A stretch of DNA of 64,000 nucleotides from Thermoanaerobaculia bacterium (GTDB lineage: Bacteria; Acidobacteriota; Thermoanaerobaculia; Multivoradales; JAHEKO01), in contig JBAUDS010000444.1 in assembly GCA_049678185.1 (NCBI GenBank), forward strand, positions 7,158 to 71,157, written 5' to 3'. Positions 37,367 to 45,398 of this stretch are shown here, one piece after another (positions within the stretch are counted from its first letter, which is position 1; every line of letters begins with the position of its first letter). The notes beneath the pieces are model-generated. The model was not told the origin of the DNA. It was given only the letters and a program-made list of their open reading frames with translations, and ran no database searches. Both the position numbers and the translations under genes were made by a program.

Positions 37367-38791
37367 TCAACGGGTTGCAGACTCGAGGGGAAATCTGCCT
37401 GGCTGTGTGGAAGATATGTCGTTGTCGAGCGGCTCGATTACCTCGGTAAACTTGAAATTCTCCTGGGCCAGCGCCTCGAGGACGGGGCGGTAGATGGCGG
37501 GCTCGGTGGGTATGTGGCTGCCGGTCAGATCGATGTCGCCATCCAGAACGAGTCGGGCGGCAAGGGCGCTGGGCAGACCCACTGCCCGCGCCATGGCGGT
37601 GTTGCCTCCGCGCTCACCATATTGCACGAGCGTGGCGACGATCTTCTCGCGTCGGATCCCCGCCGTTTCTTGATCCTCTCCATCCGTCGGGTAGTGAGCT
37701 GTGAGCTCGTGGTGAATGATGACCAGGTCCCTGCCGTCGGCCGGCAGCTGCAGCTTGGTGTCCAGGAGATGCACCAGGGCGTCGGTCGCCGACGCCCCCT
37801 CGATGCCGATGGGCTCTTCGGAGAACAAGCCCAACCAGCGCAAGTTCTCCATCACGGACCCCTGGCGATCAAGCCCCAGAAATCGAGCCGTTCTCTCTTC
37901 GACTGTCGCTCCGCGCACCTCTTCCGGCAGGAACATCTCTACCAGCTCGGCAAAGCTGCGTTCGGCGAGGTGAGGAATCGGGATCTGCTCACCGGTAAGG
38001 CCCAACCGAACGACCTGGTGCCAGGTTTCGCACCACCCGGGAAAGCGCAGTTTGCCTCGAATCAGGGTCTCCACTCGAGCCAGACCAAACTGTGACCGAT
38101 AGACGAGCGAGTCCCGGTTGGGGTAGGCCTCCATGGTGCCGACCCCCGGCACCTCCACCGGCCAGGTCTGGGTGAATACCCGCGACTTGGGCACCGCTCG
38201 GAGCTGTCCGTGGCGAAGGTAGTGCGCACCTCGATCGCCGGACGTGACCACGCGGCGGGGGCTACGGGTGATGGCATAGTGCAGCGGGTTGGTGAACGAA
38301 TCGGGAGCCGGGACACCACTGCCATAGGACTCGTAGCTCTCGACAATGCCACCGGCACTGTGTACCCGGTCGATGAGCGACATCCCAGCCATGTGGTCGA
38401 TTCCGGGATCGAGTCCCATCTCGGTGAGAAGCAGCACCCCCTGCTGGCGAGCTTTGCTCGATAGGGCTTTGATCTTCGGAGAACTGTAGGAAGTGGAGAT
38501 CATGTGCCGCCCCTGGCGGACGCACTCGTGGGCGACGAGGCTTGTCAGCGAGGGGGGCAAGAGGTTGACCACCAGATCGGCGCCATCGATGATCGCCTCC
38601 AGCCGAGCTTCGTCCCGGGCGTCGATGGCGATAGCCTCCCCTCGCGGGTGCCCGTTGACCCGCGAGGCGGCCACGTCGGGATCGAGATCGCCGACGGTGA
38701 TGATCCAGCCGTCGTCGTTGGCGTGATCCAGCAGATAGCGAATGAGATATGGCGCGCTCTGGCCCGCGCCGAGCACAAGGATTCTCTTCAT
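37367..38791 (-). CDS. saccharopine dehydrogenase family NAD(P)-binding oxidoreductase
   Basis: A Rossmann-fold N-terminus reads ILVLGAGQSA. The protein is 474 aa with the two-domain organisation of the saccharopine dehydrogenase family. Confidence 0.75.
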   Translation of the reverse strand: MKRILVLGAGQSAPYLIRYLLDHANDDGWIITVGDLDPDVAASRVNGHPRGEAIAIDARDEARLEAIIDGADLVVNLLPPSLTSLVAHECVRQGRHMISTSYSSPKIKALSSKARQQGVLLLTEMGLDPGIDHMAGMSLIDRVHSAGGIVESYESYGSGVPAPDSFTNPLHYAITRSPRRVVTSGDRGAHYLRHGQLRAVPKSRVFTQTWPVEVPGVGTMEAYPNRDSLVYRSQFGLARVETLIRGKLRFPGWCETWHQVVRLGLTGEQIPIPHLAERSFAELVEMFLPEEVRGATVEERTARFLGLDRQGSVMENLRWLGLFSEEPIGIEGASATDALVHLLDTKLQLPADGRDLVIIHHELTAHYPTDGEDQETAGIRREKIVATLVQYGERGGNTAMARAVGLPSALAARLVLDGDIDLTGSHIPTEPAIYRPVLEALAQENFKFTEVIEPLDNDISSTQPGRFPLESATR

Positions 38792-38832
38792 GGCTCTGCG
38801 GCCAAAAGTGATTGAAAACGGGGCAGACGCGC

Positions 38833-38864
38833 TGGTAACCCCAAAAGACCCCTCCTGGCGTCTA
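38833..38864 (+). promoter_or_regulatory. candidate ECF-type promoter (GGTAACC - 18 nt - CGTCTA) upstream of the ECF sigma gene
   Basis: An AAC-containing -35-like element and a CGTC -10-like element are spaced as in ECF promoters. They lie about 75 nt upstream of the sigma start. The call rests on pattern only. Confidence 0.25.
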
Positions 38865-38935
38865 TCTTACGCCCATCGCGGCAAAAAATCGAAATTCGGG
38901 ACAACGGCTAACTCCTGGGCAGGAGGCCTCGTCTA

Positions 38936-39523
38936 ATGAGTTGGATGGAGGGAAATGACCTTGACCTGGTTGAAAGAGCGCGCGCCGGGGATTCCGACGC
39001 CTTTAGGGAGCTTGTCGACCGACACAGCCGGACCATGTTCAAAACGGCCTATCGACTCACCGGCAACGAAGCGGATGCCGACGACCTGGTGCAGGAAGCC
39101 TTTCTGCGCGCCTATCGCAAGCTCGACCGCTTCGACGGCCGGTCGCAATTCAGCACCTGGCTCTATCGCATCACCGTCAACTGTGGAATGGATCTGATGA
39201 GAAAGAAATCACGCCGAAGCGCCCGGGCCGCGATGGACGAAGAGGTGGTTCTCGACACCGTGGCTACCAACGACCCCCGACCCGATCGGTTGGCCCTGAG
39301 CGGGGAGATCGGGCGGGCGGTGGAGAGTGTTCTCAGAACCTTGAGCCCAATGGAGCGGGCGGCCTTTGTTCTACGTCACTTCGAGGGACGGTCGATCGCC
39401 GAGATCGGCGGTCTGCTGGGAGCGCGGAGCGGAGCCACCAAACACGCCGTCTTTCGGGCGGTCAAGAAATTGCGGGCGGCGCTCGGACCGCTGGTGGAGG
39501 AGAGCCATGAAGCGACTCAGTGA
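38936..39523 (+). CDS. RNA polymerase sigma-70 factor, ECF subfamily
   Basis: Region 2 reads DLVQEAFLRAYRKLDRFDGRSQFSTWLYRITVNCGMD and region 4 reads RAAFVLRHFEGRSIAEIGGLLGARSGATKHAVFRA. An AGGAGG RBS is present. Confidence 0.9.
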   Translation: MSWMEGNDLDLVERARAGDSDAFRELVDRHSRTMFKTAYRLTGNEADADDLVQEAFLRAYRKLDRFDGRSQFSTWLYRITVNCGMDLMRKKSRRSARAAMDEEVVLDTVATNDPRPDRLALSGEIGRAVESVLRTLSPMERAAFVLRHFEGRSIAEIGGLLGARSGATKHAVFRAVKKLRAALGPLVEESHEATQ

Positions 39524-40286
39524 CGAGGAGTTGGTCCTCTACTACTACGGCGAGGCGCCGAATCCGGAGGAGATCGAACGCTTTCTCGAGAGCTCCAAAG
39601 AGGAGCAGCGGCGCTACGCCGAGCTCAGCCGGGTGCTCGATACCGTCGAGGAGCCGCAGCTGCCGCAGAAATCAGCCACCTACGGGACAAGCGTCTGGCG
39701 ACGGCTGGAGCCGCAGCTGGAAAAGAAGAGCTGGCTGGACGGCTGGAGCTGGGAAGCGCTGCGACCACGCCGCGAGTGGGCGCTGGCCGGGGCGATGGCT
39801 CTGCTCTTGGTGGTGTCCTTTCTCAGTGGTCGCTTCTGGCCGCGGCAGGAGACGGTAGCGGTGATCGCCGAGCAACCGGCCGCATCGCCCGAGCGGATCC
39901 TGCTGGTGACCGTAGCCGGACACCTCGAGCGCTCGGAGATGCTATTGCTGGAGCTGGTCAACACCCAGGAGAACGGCTCCTTCGACCTCTCGCTGGAGCG
40001 TGAGCTCGCCGGGGTGCTCAGCGGTGAGTCCCGTCTCTACCGGCAGGCGGCGCTCAATGCCGGCCAGGCCGATGTGGCCCTCGTTCTGGAGCAACTGGAG
40101 CGGGTGCTGGTGGAGCTGGCTCACGGTCCGGCCGAGACCCCGTCATCGGAGCTGGGCGCGCTCCGCCTGCGGCTCGAGGATGCCGGTCTTCTGTTCAAGG
40201 TCCGCGTCGTGGGCTCACGGCTGCGGCAGGAAACCCAAACTCAACAACGGTCCGGTGAGACGACCCGGGCCGCTCAGGATGTATAG
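39507..40286 (+). CDS. anti-sigma factor (single-pass membrane)
   Basis: Its start overlaps the sigma gene 3' end by 17 nt and follows GGAGGAG. A short cytoplasmic N-terminus precedes the TM helix WALAGAMALLLVVSFLSGRFW, and the domain after it is periplasmic. Confidence 0.6.
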   Translation: MKRLSDEELVLYYYGEAPNPEEIERFLESSKEEQRRYAELSRVLDTVEEPQLPQKSATYGTSVWRRLEPQLEKKSWLDGWSWEALRPRREWALAGAMALLLVVSFLSGRFWPRQETVAVIAEQPAASPERILLVTVAGHLERSEMLLLELVNTQENGSFDLSLERELAGVLSGESRLYRQAALNAGQADVALVLEQLERVLVELAHGPAETPSSELGALRLRLEDAGLLFKVRVVGSRLRQETQTQQRSGETTRAAQDV

Positions 40287-40292
40287 GAGGTA

Positions 40293-41534
40293 ATGACAAT
40301 GAAGAACATGCGTTGGCTTACAACCATTCTGTCCGTTGCGCTACTGGCAGTCGGTGCACCACTCGTGGGCTGGACCGGGCTGAGCGAGCCCTGGCTCGCA
40401 CCCGACCAGGCGATGTCCGGCCGCAGTGACGCCTACCGCGTCGCCCAACAGGCACTCGATGGCGAAGACTGGGAGGAGGCGGAGAGGCTCTTTGGCCAGG
40501 TGGCCGGGCAGGGCGGCGCCGACGCCGATGCCGCCCTCTACTGGCAGGCCTACGCCCAGCTAAAGCGTGGGCGCAAGAGCACCGCGCTCCGCACCCTGGA
40601 GGCGCTAAACAAGAGCTATCCCGAGAGCTCCTGGATCGACGATGCCCGGGCACTCGAGGTGGAAGCCCGAGGAGCAGGGGGCGAGCAGGTGCTGTCCGCA
40701 TCCGAGGACGACGAGCAGCTCAAGCTCTACGCCCTCAACAGCCTGATGAACGCGGATTCGGAGAAGGCGATACCGATCCTGAACGACTTCCTCGAGGGCA
40801 ATCACTCGCTCGAGCTCAAAAAGAAGGCGCTGTTTGTGATCGCCATGGGCGATTCGCCGGCAGCCACCGAGATCCTCAAACAGATCGCCAAGGGCGAGCG
40901 TCAACCGGAGCTCTCGGTGCAAGCGATCGAGTACCTGGGGCTCCAAGGAGGTGCGGAGAGTGGTCGCGTGCTCGAGGAGATCTACTCTAGCTCCCCCGAT
41001 CCCAAGGCCAAGTCGAAAGCGCTCGAAGCAATGATGCTGGGAGACCACAAAGAGATGGTGCTGGCGGCGGCGCGCGGGGAGCAGGACGTGGAGCTCAGGG
41101 GCAAAGCGGTCGAGATGCTCGGGGTCATGGATGCCACGGCCGAGCTGAGAGAGCTTTACAAGACCGAAAGCTCGCCGCAAATCAAGGCCAAGCTCGTCGA
41201 GAGTTTCTTCATCGCGGACGATGTCGACACCCTGACCGAGATAGCTCGCACCGATGCCGATCCCAAGCTTCGCCGCAAGGCGATCGAGGGGCTGGGAATC
41301 GTGGATTCACCGCAGGCCCGAGCGGAGCTTGCGGCCCTCTACGAGAGCGAGCAAGATCGGGACACGCGAGGCAAGATCCTCGAGGCCTTCATGCTTGCCG
41401 ACGACGCCCAGGCCCTCATCGACGTCATCGGCTCCGAGCAGGACCGCGAGCTACGCAAAAAGGCCCTGGAGTACCTGTCTCTGATGGACTCCGACGAGGC
41501 AATGGCCTACCTGATGAAGGTGCTGGAAGAGTGA
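40293..41534 (+). CDS. exported HEAT-repeat (PBS-lyase-like) protein
   Basis: A signal peptide is followed by repeated units with DxxVRxxAxxALG periodicity. Confidence 0.7.
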   Translation: MTMKNMRWLTTILSVALLAVGAPLVGWTGLSEPWLAPDQAMSGRSDAYRVAQQALDGEDWEEAERLFGQVAGQGGADADAALYWQAYAQLKRGRKSTALRTLEALNKSYPESSWIDDARALEVEARGAGGEQVLSASEDDEQLKLYALNSLMNADSEKAIPILNDFLEGNHSLELKKKALFVIAMGDSPAATEILKQIAKGERQPELSVQAIEYLGLQGGAESGRVLEEIYSSSPDPKAKSKALEAMMLGDHKEMVLAAARGEQDVELRGKAVEMLGVMDATAELRELYKTESSPQIKAKLVESFFIADDVDTLTEIARTDADPKLRRKAIEGLGIVDSPQARAELAALYESEQDRDTRGKILEAFMLADDAQALIDVIGSEQDRELRKKALEYLSLMDSDEAMAYLMKVLEE

Positions 41535-41554
41535 GGGGGGGAGGCTTCAGGGGA

Positions 41555-41580
41555 CGAAGCGGCCGGCCTCCGTGCCGGCC
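41555..41580 (+). repeat. REP-like GC hairpin, copy 3
   Basis: The copy GAAGCGGCCGGCCTCCGTGCCGGCCG lies between the two HEAT-repeat genes. Confidence 0.6.
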
Positions 41581-41610
41581 GACTCCGCGACGAAGAAAGG
41601 GAGAACCGAA

Positions 41611-42690
41611 ATGAAACTGACAGCCGCACTGATCATCGCAGCCACCATTGCTGCCGTTCCTTGTCTATCCCAGGCAGCCGAGATCCAAAATGCGAAAACG
41701 GAATCGATGCAGGCCACCGGCGATCTCCAAAAGACGGTAGAGCGCCTCGCCCGGGAAGCGGACGAGCCCACCTGGGTGGTCTACTCGGCGCCGATGGTCG
41801 AGGGCGATCGTTTGCTCTGCTGCAACGAGTCCCATACGTGGAGGGCGGGGGCCAAGAGCTGTGAGCTGGAAGGCCGGGAGCGCAATTTCGTCATGTCGAA
41901 CAGACACGGTTTGGTCCCCGCGAGCATGGCGTCGCGTGACCTTCTGGTCTTCCTGCGGCTCGCGAGCGATCGGGTTTCCGACCTACGGGTCTATTCCGAG
42001 TCCTGCCCGGTCGATGCCGGTGGCACCCGGGTGGTGTGGCTGGAGGGGGTGTCGCCCGAGTCGAGCGCCAAGATGCTGCACCGGTTCGCAGCGGGCGACC
42101 GCCTGCTGGCCGGCGATGAGGATCTGGCCGATGAAGCCCTCACGGCCCTCGCCCTCCACGACGCCGAGGGTACCGATGCCGCGGTCGAGGATCTCGCTGG
42201 ACCGAGCCACCCCGAGGAGTTGCGTGAGGAGGCCATCTTCTGGTTGGGCCACATGCGGGGTCGTGCGGGCTATTTGGCCCTCGACCGGCTGCTCGAGACA
42301 GAGAAGGACCCGGAGATCAAGGAGGAGATCGCCTTCGCCCTGACCCAGAGCCCGGTGCCGGAGGCGATCGACAGGCTGGAGAAGCTCGCCAAGAGCGACC
42401 CCAGCCCCGATGTGCGCGGCGAGGCCCTCTTCTGGCTGGCCCAGAGCGGCAGCGCCGGGGCCGGCGCGACGATCGTCGAGGCTATCCAACAGGACCCGGA
42501 AGAGGACGTGCGGGAGGAGGCGATCTTTGCCCTCAACCAGCTCCCCGACAACCAAGGGACCGAGCTGCTGCTGGAAATTGTCCGCGACGGCTCGCGGCCT
42601 GACGAGATTCGCCAAGAAGCGCTGTTCTGGCTCGTCCAATCGGACGACGACCGGGCCCTCGACCTGGTGTCCGATATCTTGCGGCAATAG
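41611..42690 (+). CDS. exported HEAT-repeat protein (second paralog)
   Basis: A signal peptide (LIIAATIAAVPCLSQA) precedes HEAT/PBS-lyase repeats (EEAIFWLGHMRG, GEALFWLAQSG, EEAIFALNQL, QEALFWLVQSD). Confidence 0.7.
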   Translation: MKLTAALIIAATIAAVPCLSQAAEIQNAKTESMQATGDLQKTVERLAREADEPTWVVYSAPMVEGDRLLCCNESHTWRAGAKSCELEGRERNFVMSNRHGLVPASMASRDLLVFLRLASDRVSDLRVYSESCPVDAGGTRVVWLEGVSPESSAKMLHRFAAGDRLLAGDEDLADEALTALALHDAEGTDAAVEDLAGPSHPEELREEAIFWLGHMRGRAGYLALDRLLETEKDPEIKEEIAFALTQSPVPEAIDRLEKLAKSDPSPDVRGEALFWLAQSGSAGAGATIVEAIQQDPEEDVREEAIFALNQLPDNQGTELLLEIVRDGSRPDEIRQEALFWLVQSDDDRALDLVSDILRQ

Positions 42691-42708
42691 ACCGAAATGT
42701 GGGGGTGG

Positions 42709-42790
42709 TTACTCCACCTCCACCACCATCTCGATCTCGACCGCGATACTCATTGGCAGCGATGCCATACCCACCGCGGCGCAGGAGGCT
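42709..42790 (-). pseudogene. orphan 3'-terminal fragment of a ridA-like gene (diverged duplicate of 44767..44850)
   Basis: Over about 65 nt it is similar to the 3' end of the intact ridA gene. The first 38 nt are identical and the remainder about 80% identical. It encodes ...ASLPMSIAVEIEMVVEVE plus a stop, and the listed ORF 42709..43038 is non-RidA upstream of that. Confidence 0.6.
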
Positions 42791-42970
42791 TTCGCCAACG
42801 CCAGCAACGAGGCCGACTGAGACGTATCGGTGTTCATGGGCGGGGCCGGTCTTCCCACCTTCAGGTTGCCACGAAAGGAGAAGGCGAAGACCCGGAGGCG
42901 GCCAATCGAGATTGGCGAGACCGCGAAGAGGTGGGACCAGAGTGGCGAGCGATCATCGAGGCGGAGGAGT

Positions 42971-44500
42971 TCATCGCTCGGGCCGCGCACTTGCGTATGC
43001 CTCTTGGACTGCCTGCTCCATTTGGGCGATCTCGTCATCTGACAGAAAGTCGAAATGACTGCTGCGCTTCAGAGCGGAAATTCGCCCGTTGTTCTGAAGG
43101 CAGAACCGAATGAACAGGTCGATCTTCCGGTCGGGTATGTCCAGAATGTCTTGAATGGCCTTCTTGGTCTCCTCGTACATTGCCAGAAACGACAATTCCT
43201 CGACGAGTTCCGTCTCGATGGTGTGCTCAATGAAGCGGTACAGCGCCTCGGCCTGCGGCGTCATGTCGATGTAGGCGTACCATCGAGCCGTATCGTTCTG
43301 GACGGTCATGCGCCCGTCTTCGTCGAGCAAATATTCGACCAATGGCATGAGCGGGCGCGAGAACGCCTCCAGCGAGGCGTCGTACGCGGACGGATTTTTC
43401 AGCATCGAAGCCGAAACTGGAAACATGATGCCTTCAGGCGTGAAGCCCTGGCGCGCAAGAATGTTGTGGATCAAGAAGCGATGGATGCGCCCATTGCCAT
43501 CTTCGAAGGGATGAAGGAAGACGAACCCGTAGGCCAGCGTTGCCGCGTGTACAACGGGGGGAACGCCGCCTTTATCCATTCGCTCATGCGTGGCGATCAG
43601 GCCGCTCATGAGCGACTCTAGATCTTCTGGCTTCGGGCAAGCGAAATGGACCTTCTCCCGTTGCCATGCCACGCTTTCGCCGACATAGTTCTGGAACGTA
43701 CGATAGTCGGAATCGCGGAATCTCGGATCGACGATGCGATTCTGAAGATCGATCAAATGCGCCTTCTCACAGAAGTCCTCTTTCTCCGCAAGCTGAAGCA
43801 TTGCGATGAATCGTTCGGTTCGAGTCGAGCTCGGTTTGACATGCTCGATCTCGAAGGACGATTTCGTCTCTTTTGTGTACAGGTAGCTCAGGGCCCGCTT
43901 CAGCAGTTCCGGCGAAAAGGCCGACACGACCTGCTTGCAGCGTTCGGTGAGATCGGCCTCTTGGAAGCCGCGAAGGACGTCGGTGCGCCGTATGGTTGGA
44001 CAAAATCGGCTATCGCCTAGCAGATTGTCGTTGATCCTCTGGCGACGGATCTGGCGAGCCGGTGTGACCGTGTAGTATTGATCCGAATCCAGCAGGTCGA
44101 CGTAGTTGCCCTGCTTCACATCATCCAACGGGAGAGTCGAGCCCGTTAGAAACTCATACAGGAACCACAGCCGTCGGGCGTATTTCCCGGTTGGTTTGGA
44201 CTCAACGTAGGCCAGGATTTCTTCCTGCAGGACTACCTCAAACAGGCTGGCGAGGATTGCGAGATTCGTGCCGTCGTACTTGAGTGCGAATTCGAGATGC
44301 GCCCCGAGAGAGTCCCCCGGCCAGTACTTGAATGGATAAACCTCCTCGGTTACGCCGGAGGAGGTTTCGATTCGGTGGGAACCGCCGGTGGCCACGCAGG
44401 ACCGGTGCCAGTTCGGGATAACTTCCAGGCTATATCTGGCAATCAGCGCCTCATACCCTGCTGGCTTCTGTCCCGTGCCTTCCTGATCGTGTTCATCCAT
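42971..44500 (-). CDS. Fic family protein (509 aa, COG3177-type)
   Basis: It has the canonical Fic motif HPFEDGNGRIHR. The architecture is an N-terminal helical domain with a C-terminal winged helix. Confidence 0.9.
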   Translation of the reverse strand: MDEHDQEGTGQKPAGYEALIARYSLEVIPNWHRSCVATGGSHRIETSSGVTEEVYPFKYWPGDSLGAHLEFALKYDGTNLAILASLFEVVLQEEILAYVESKPTGKYARRLWFLYEFLTGSTLPLDDVKQGNYVDLLDSDQYYTVTPARQIRRQRINDNLLGDSRFCPTIRRTDVLRGFQEADLTERCKQVVSAFSPELLKRALSYLYTKETKSSFEIEHVKPSSTRTERFIAMLQLAEKEDFCEKAHLIDLQNRIVDPRFRDSDYRTFQNYVGESVAWQREKVHFACPKPEDLESLMSGLIATHERMDKGGVPPVVHAATLAYGFVFLHPFEDGNGRIHRFLIHNILARQGFTPEGIMFPVSASMLKNPSAYDASLEAFSRPLMPLVEYLLDEDGRMTVQNDTARWYAYIDMTPQAEALYRFIEHTIETELVEELSFLAMYEETKKAIQDILDIPDRKIDLFIRFCLQNNGRISALKRSSHFDFLSDDEIAQMEQAVQEAYASARPER

Positions 44501-44581
44501 GGTGTTTCCAGAAGAACGATTACGTCCACAGAATTATGATTATATTTTGGCAAAAGTCAAGAAAAATGATTACGAAAGGGG

Positions 44582-44607
44582 TTTTCTAGGACCACACTCC
44601 TAGAAAA
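44582..44607. promoter_or_regulatory. perfect 10-bp inverted repeat TTTTCTAGGA-N6-TCCTAGAAAA in the fic leader
   Basis: The palindrome lies about 85-110 nt upstream of the fic start, inside the AT-rich foreign segment. Three ATGAT(T/C)A direct repeats lie nearby. Confidence 0.4.
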
Positions 44608-44766
44608 GCCGCGATAGGACCGGCAATACGAGTACAGTTGGCCACTTTTCAAGAAATATGATCACAGCCTATCCAGCCACCTCCCAATGGGTAGTGATCA
44701 GGGAAAGGAAGTTCGGCGATACGAACTTCCTTTCATTAACTTCCTTGATGACTTCCTGGTCATGTC

Positions 44767-45369
44767 CTACTCCACCTCCACCACCATCTCGATCTCGACC
44801 GCGATGCCCATGGGCAGCGATACCATCCCGACGGCGGCGCGGGCGTGCTTGCCCTGGTCGCCGAAGATCGACACCAGTAGATCCGAGCAGCCGTTGATGA
44901 CCTTGGGCTGGTCGGTAAAGGCGGGATCCGAGTTCACCATGCCGTGTACCTTGACGATGCGCTTCACCCGGCTGAGCTCCCCGATCTCGGCCTTGAGCGA
45001 GGCCAGCAGCGCGATGGCGGTAAGACGCGCGGCCTCGTAACCCTCTTCGAGTGTCAGGTCCTGACCCAGCCTGCCAGTGACATAGGTGCCGTCGGCCTTC
45101 AATGGCCCATGACCAGCCAGAAAGACTAGATTGCGGGTCGTCACCGCCCGTACATAGTTGGCCACCGGTGGTGGTGGAGTGGGGAGCTCGATACCGAGCG
45201 CCGCCAAACGTTTCTCTGGCGTGTCGGCGGCACTTTTGTCCGACGCGGTGTCTTGGGCGTTCGCCATCGGTGCAACGACGAGCCCGGCCACCAGGGCCAG
45301 CGCCACCAACAAGACGCCGATCTTTCTATCGGACCGGCTCTCCTCCAAGTTATCCAGACTGCAGCTCAT
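44767..45369 (-). CDS. Sec-exported RidA/YjgF family protein
   Basis: A signal peptide (IGVLLVALALVAGLVVAPMANA) precedes the RidA fold, and the C-terminus ARAAVGMVSLPMGIAVEIEMVVEVE is characteristic. A strong AGGGAGGA RBS lies before the internal ATG. The 3' end of this gene is the insertion site of the fic islet. Confidence 0.8.
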   Translation of the reverse strand: MSCSLDNLEESRSDRKIGVLLVALALVAGLVVAPMANAQDTASDKSAADTPEKRLAALGIELPTPPPPVANYVRAVTTRNLVFLAGHGPLKADGTYVTGRLGQDLTLEEGYEAARLTAIALLASLKAEIGELSRVKRIVKVHGMVNSDPAFTDQPKVINGCSDLLVSIFGDQGKHARAAVGMVSLPMGIAVEIEMVVEVE

Positions 45370-45398
45370 AGCATCCTCCCTTTGTGGTTGCCGGGATC

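Larger units (their letters stand above)
42791..44766. mobile_element. low-GC genomic islet carrying a fic gene, inserted at the 3' end of ridA
   Basis: It is bounded by the ridA 3'-end duplicate (42709..42790) and the intact ridA stop (44767). The GC content drops visibly, with an AT-rich 265-nt leader at 44501..44766. No integrase or transposase lies inside. Confidence 0.5.

Noticed and set aside
42709-43038. The 109-aa ORF as an intact gene.
   Set aside because: Only the last 22 codons or so resemble RidA, and the rest is unrelated. It overlaps the fic 3' end. It is interpreted as a remnant of the att-like duplication rather than a functional gene.
42791-44766. An integrase, transposase or excisionase inside either islet.
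   Set aside because: All ORFs of 60 aa or more in both islets were inspected. Apart from Fic and the two unknown proteins, none has recombinase motifs (no R..HxxR..Y tyrosine-recombinase residues, no DDE motif and no serine-recombinase N-terminus).
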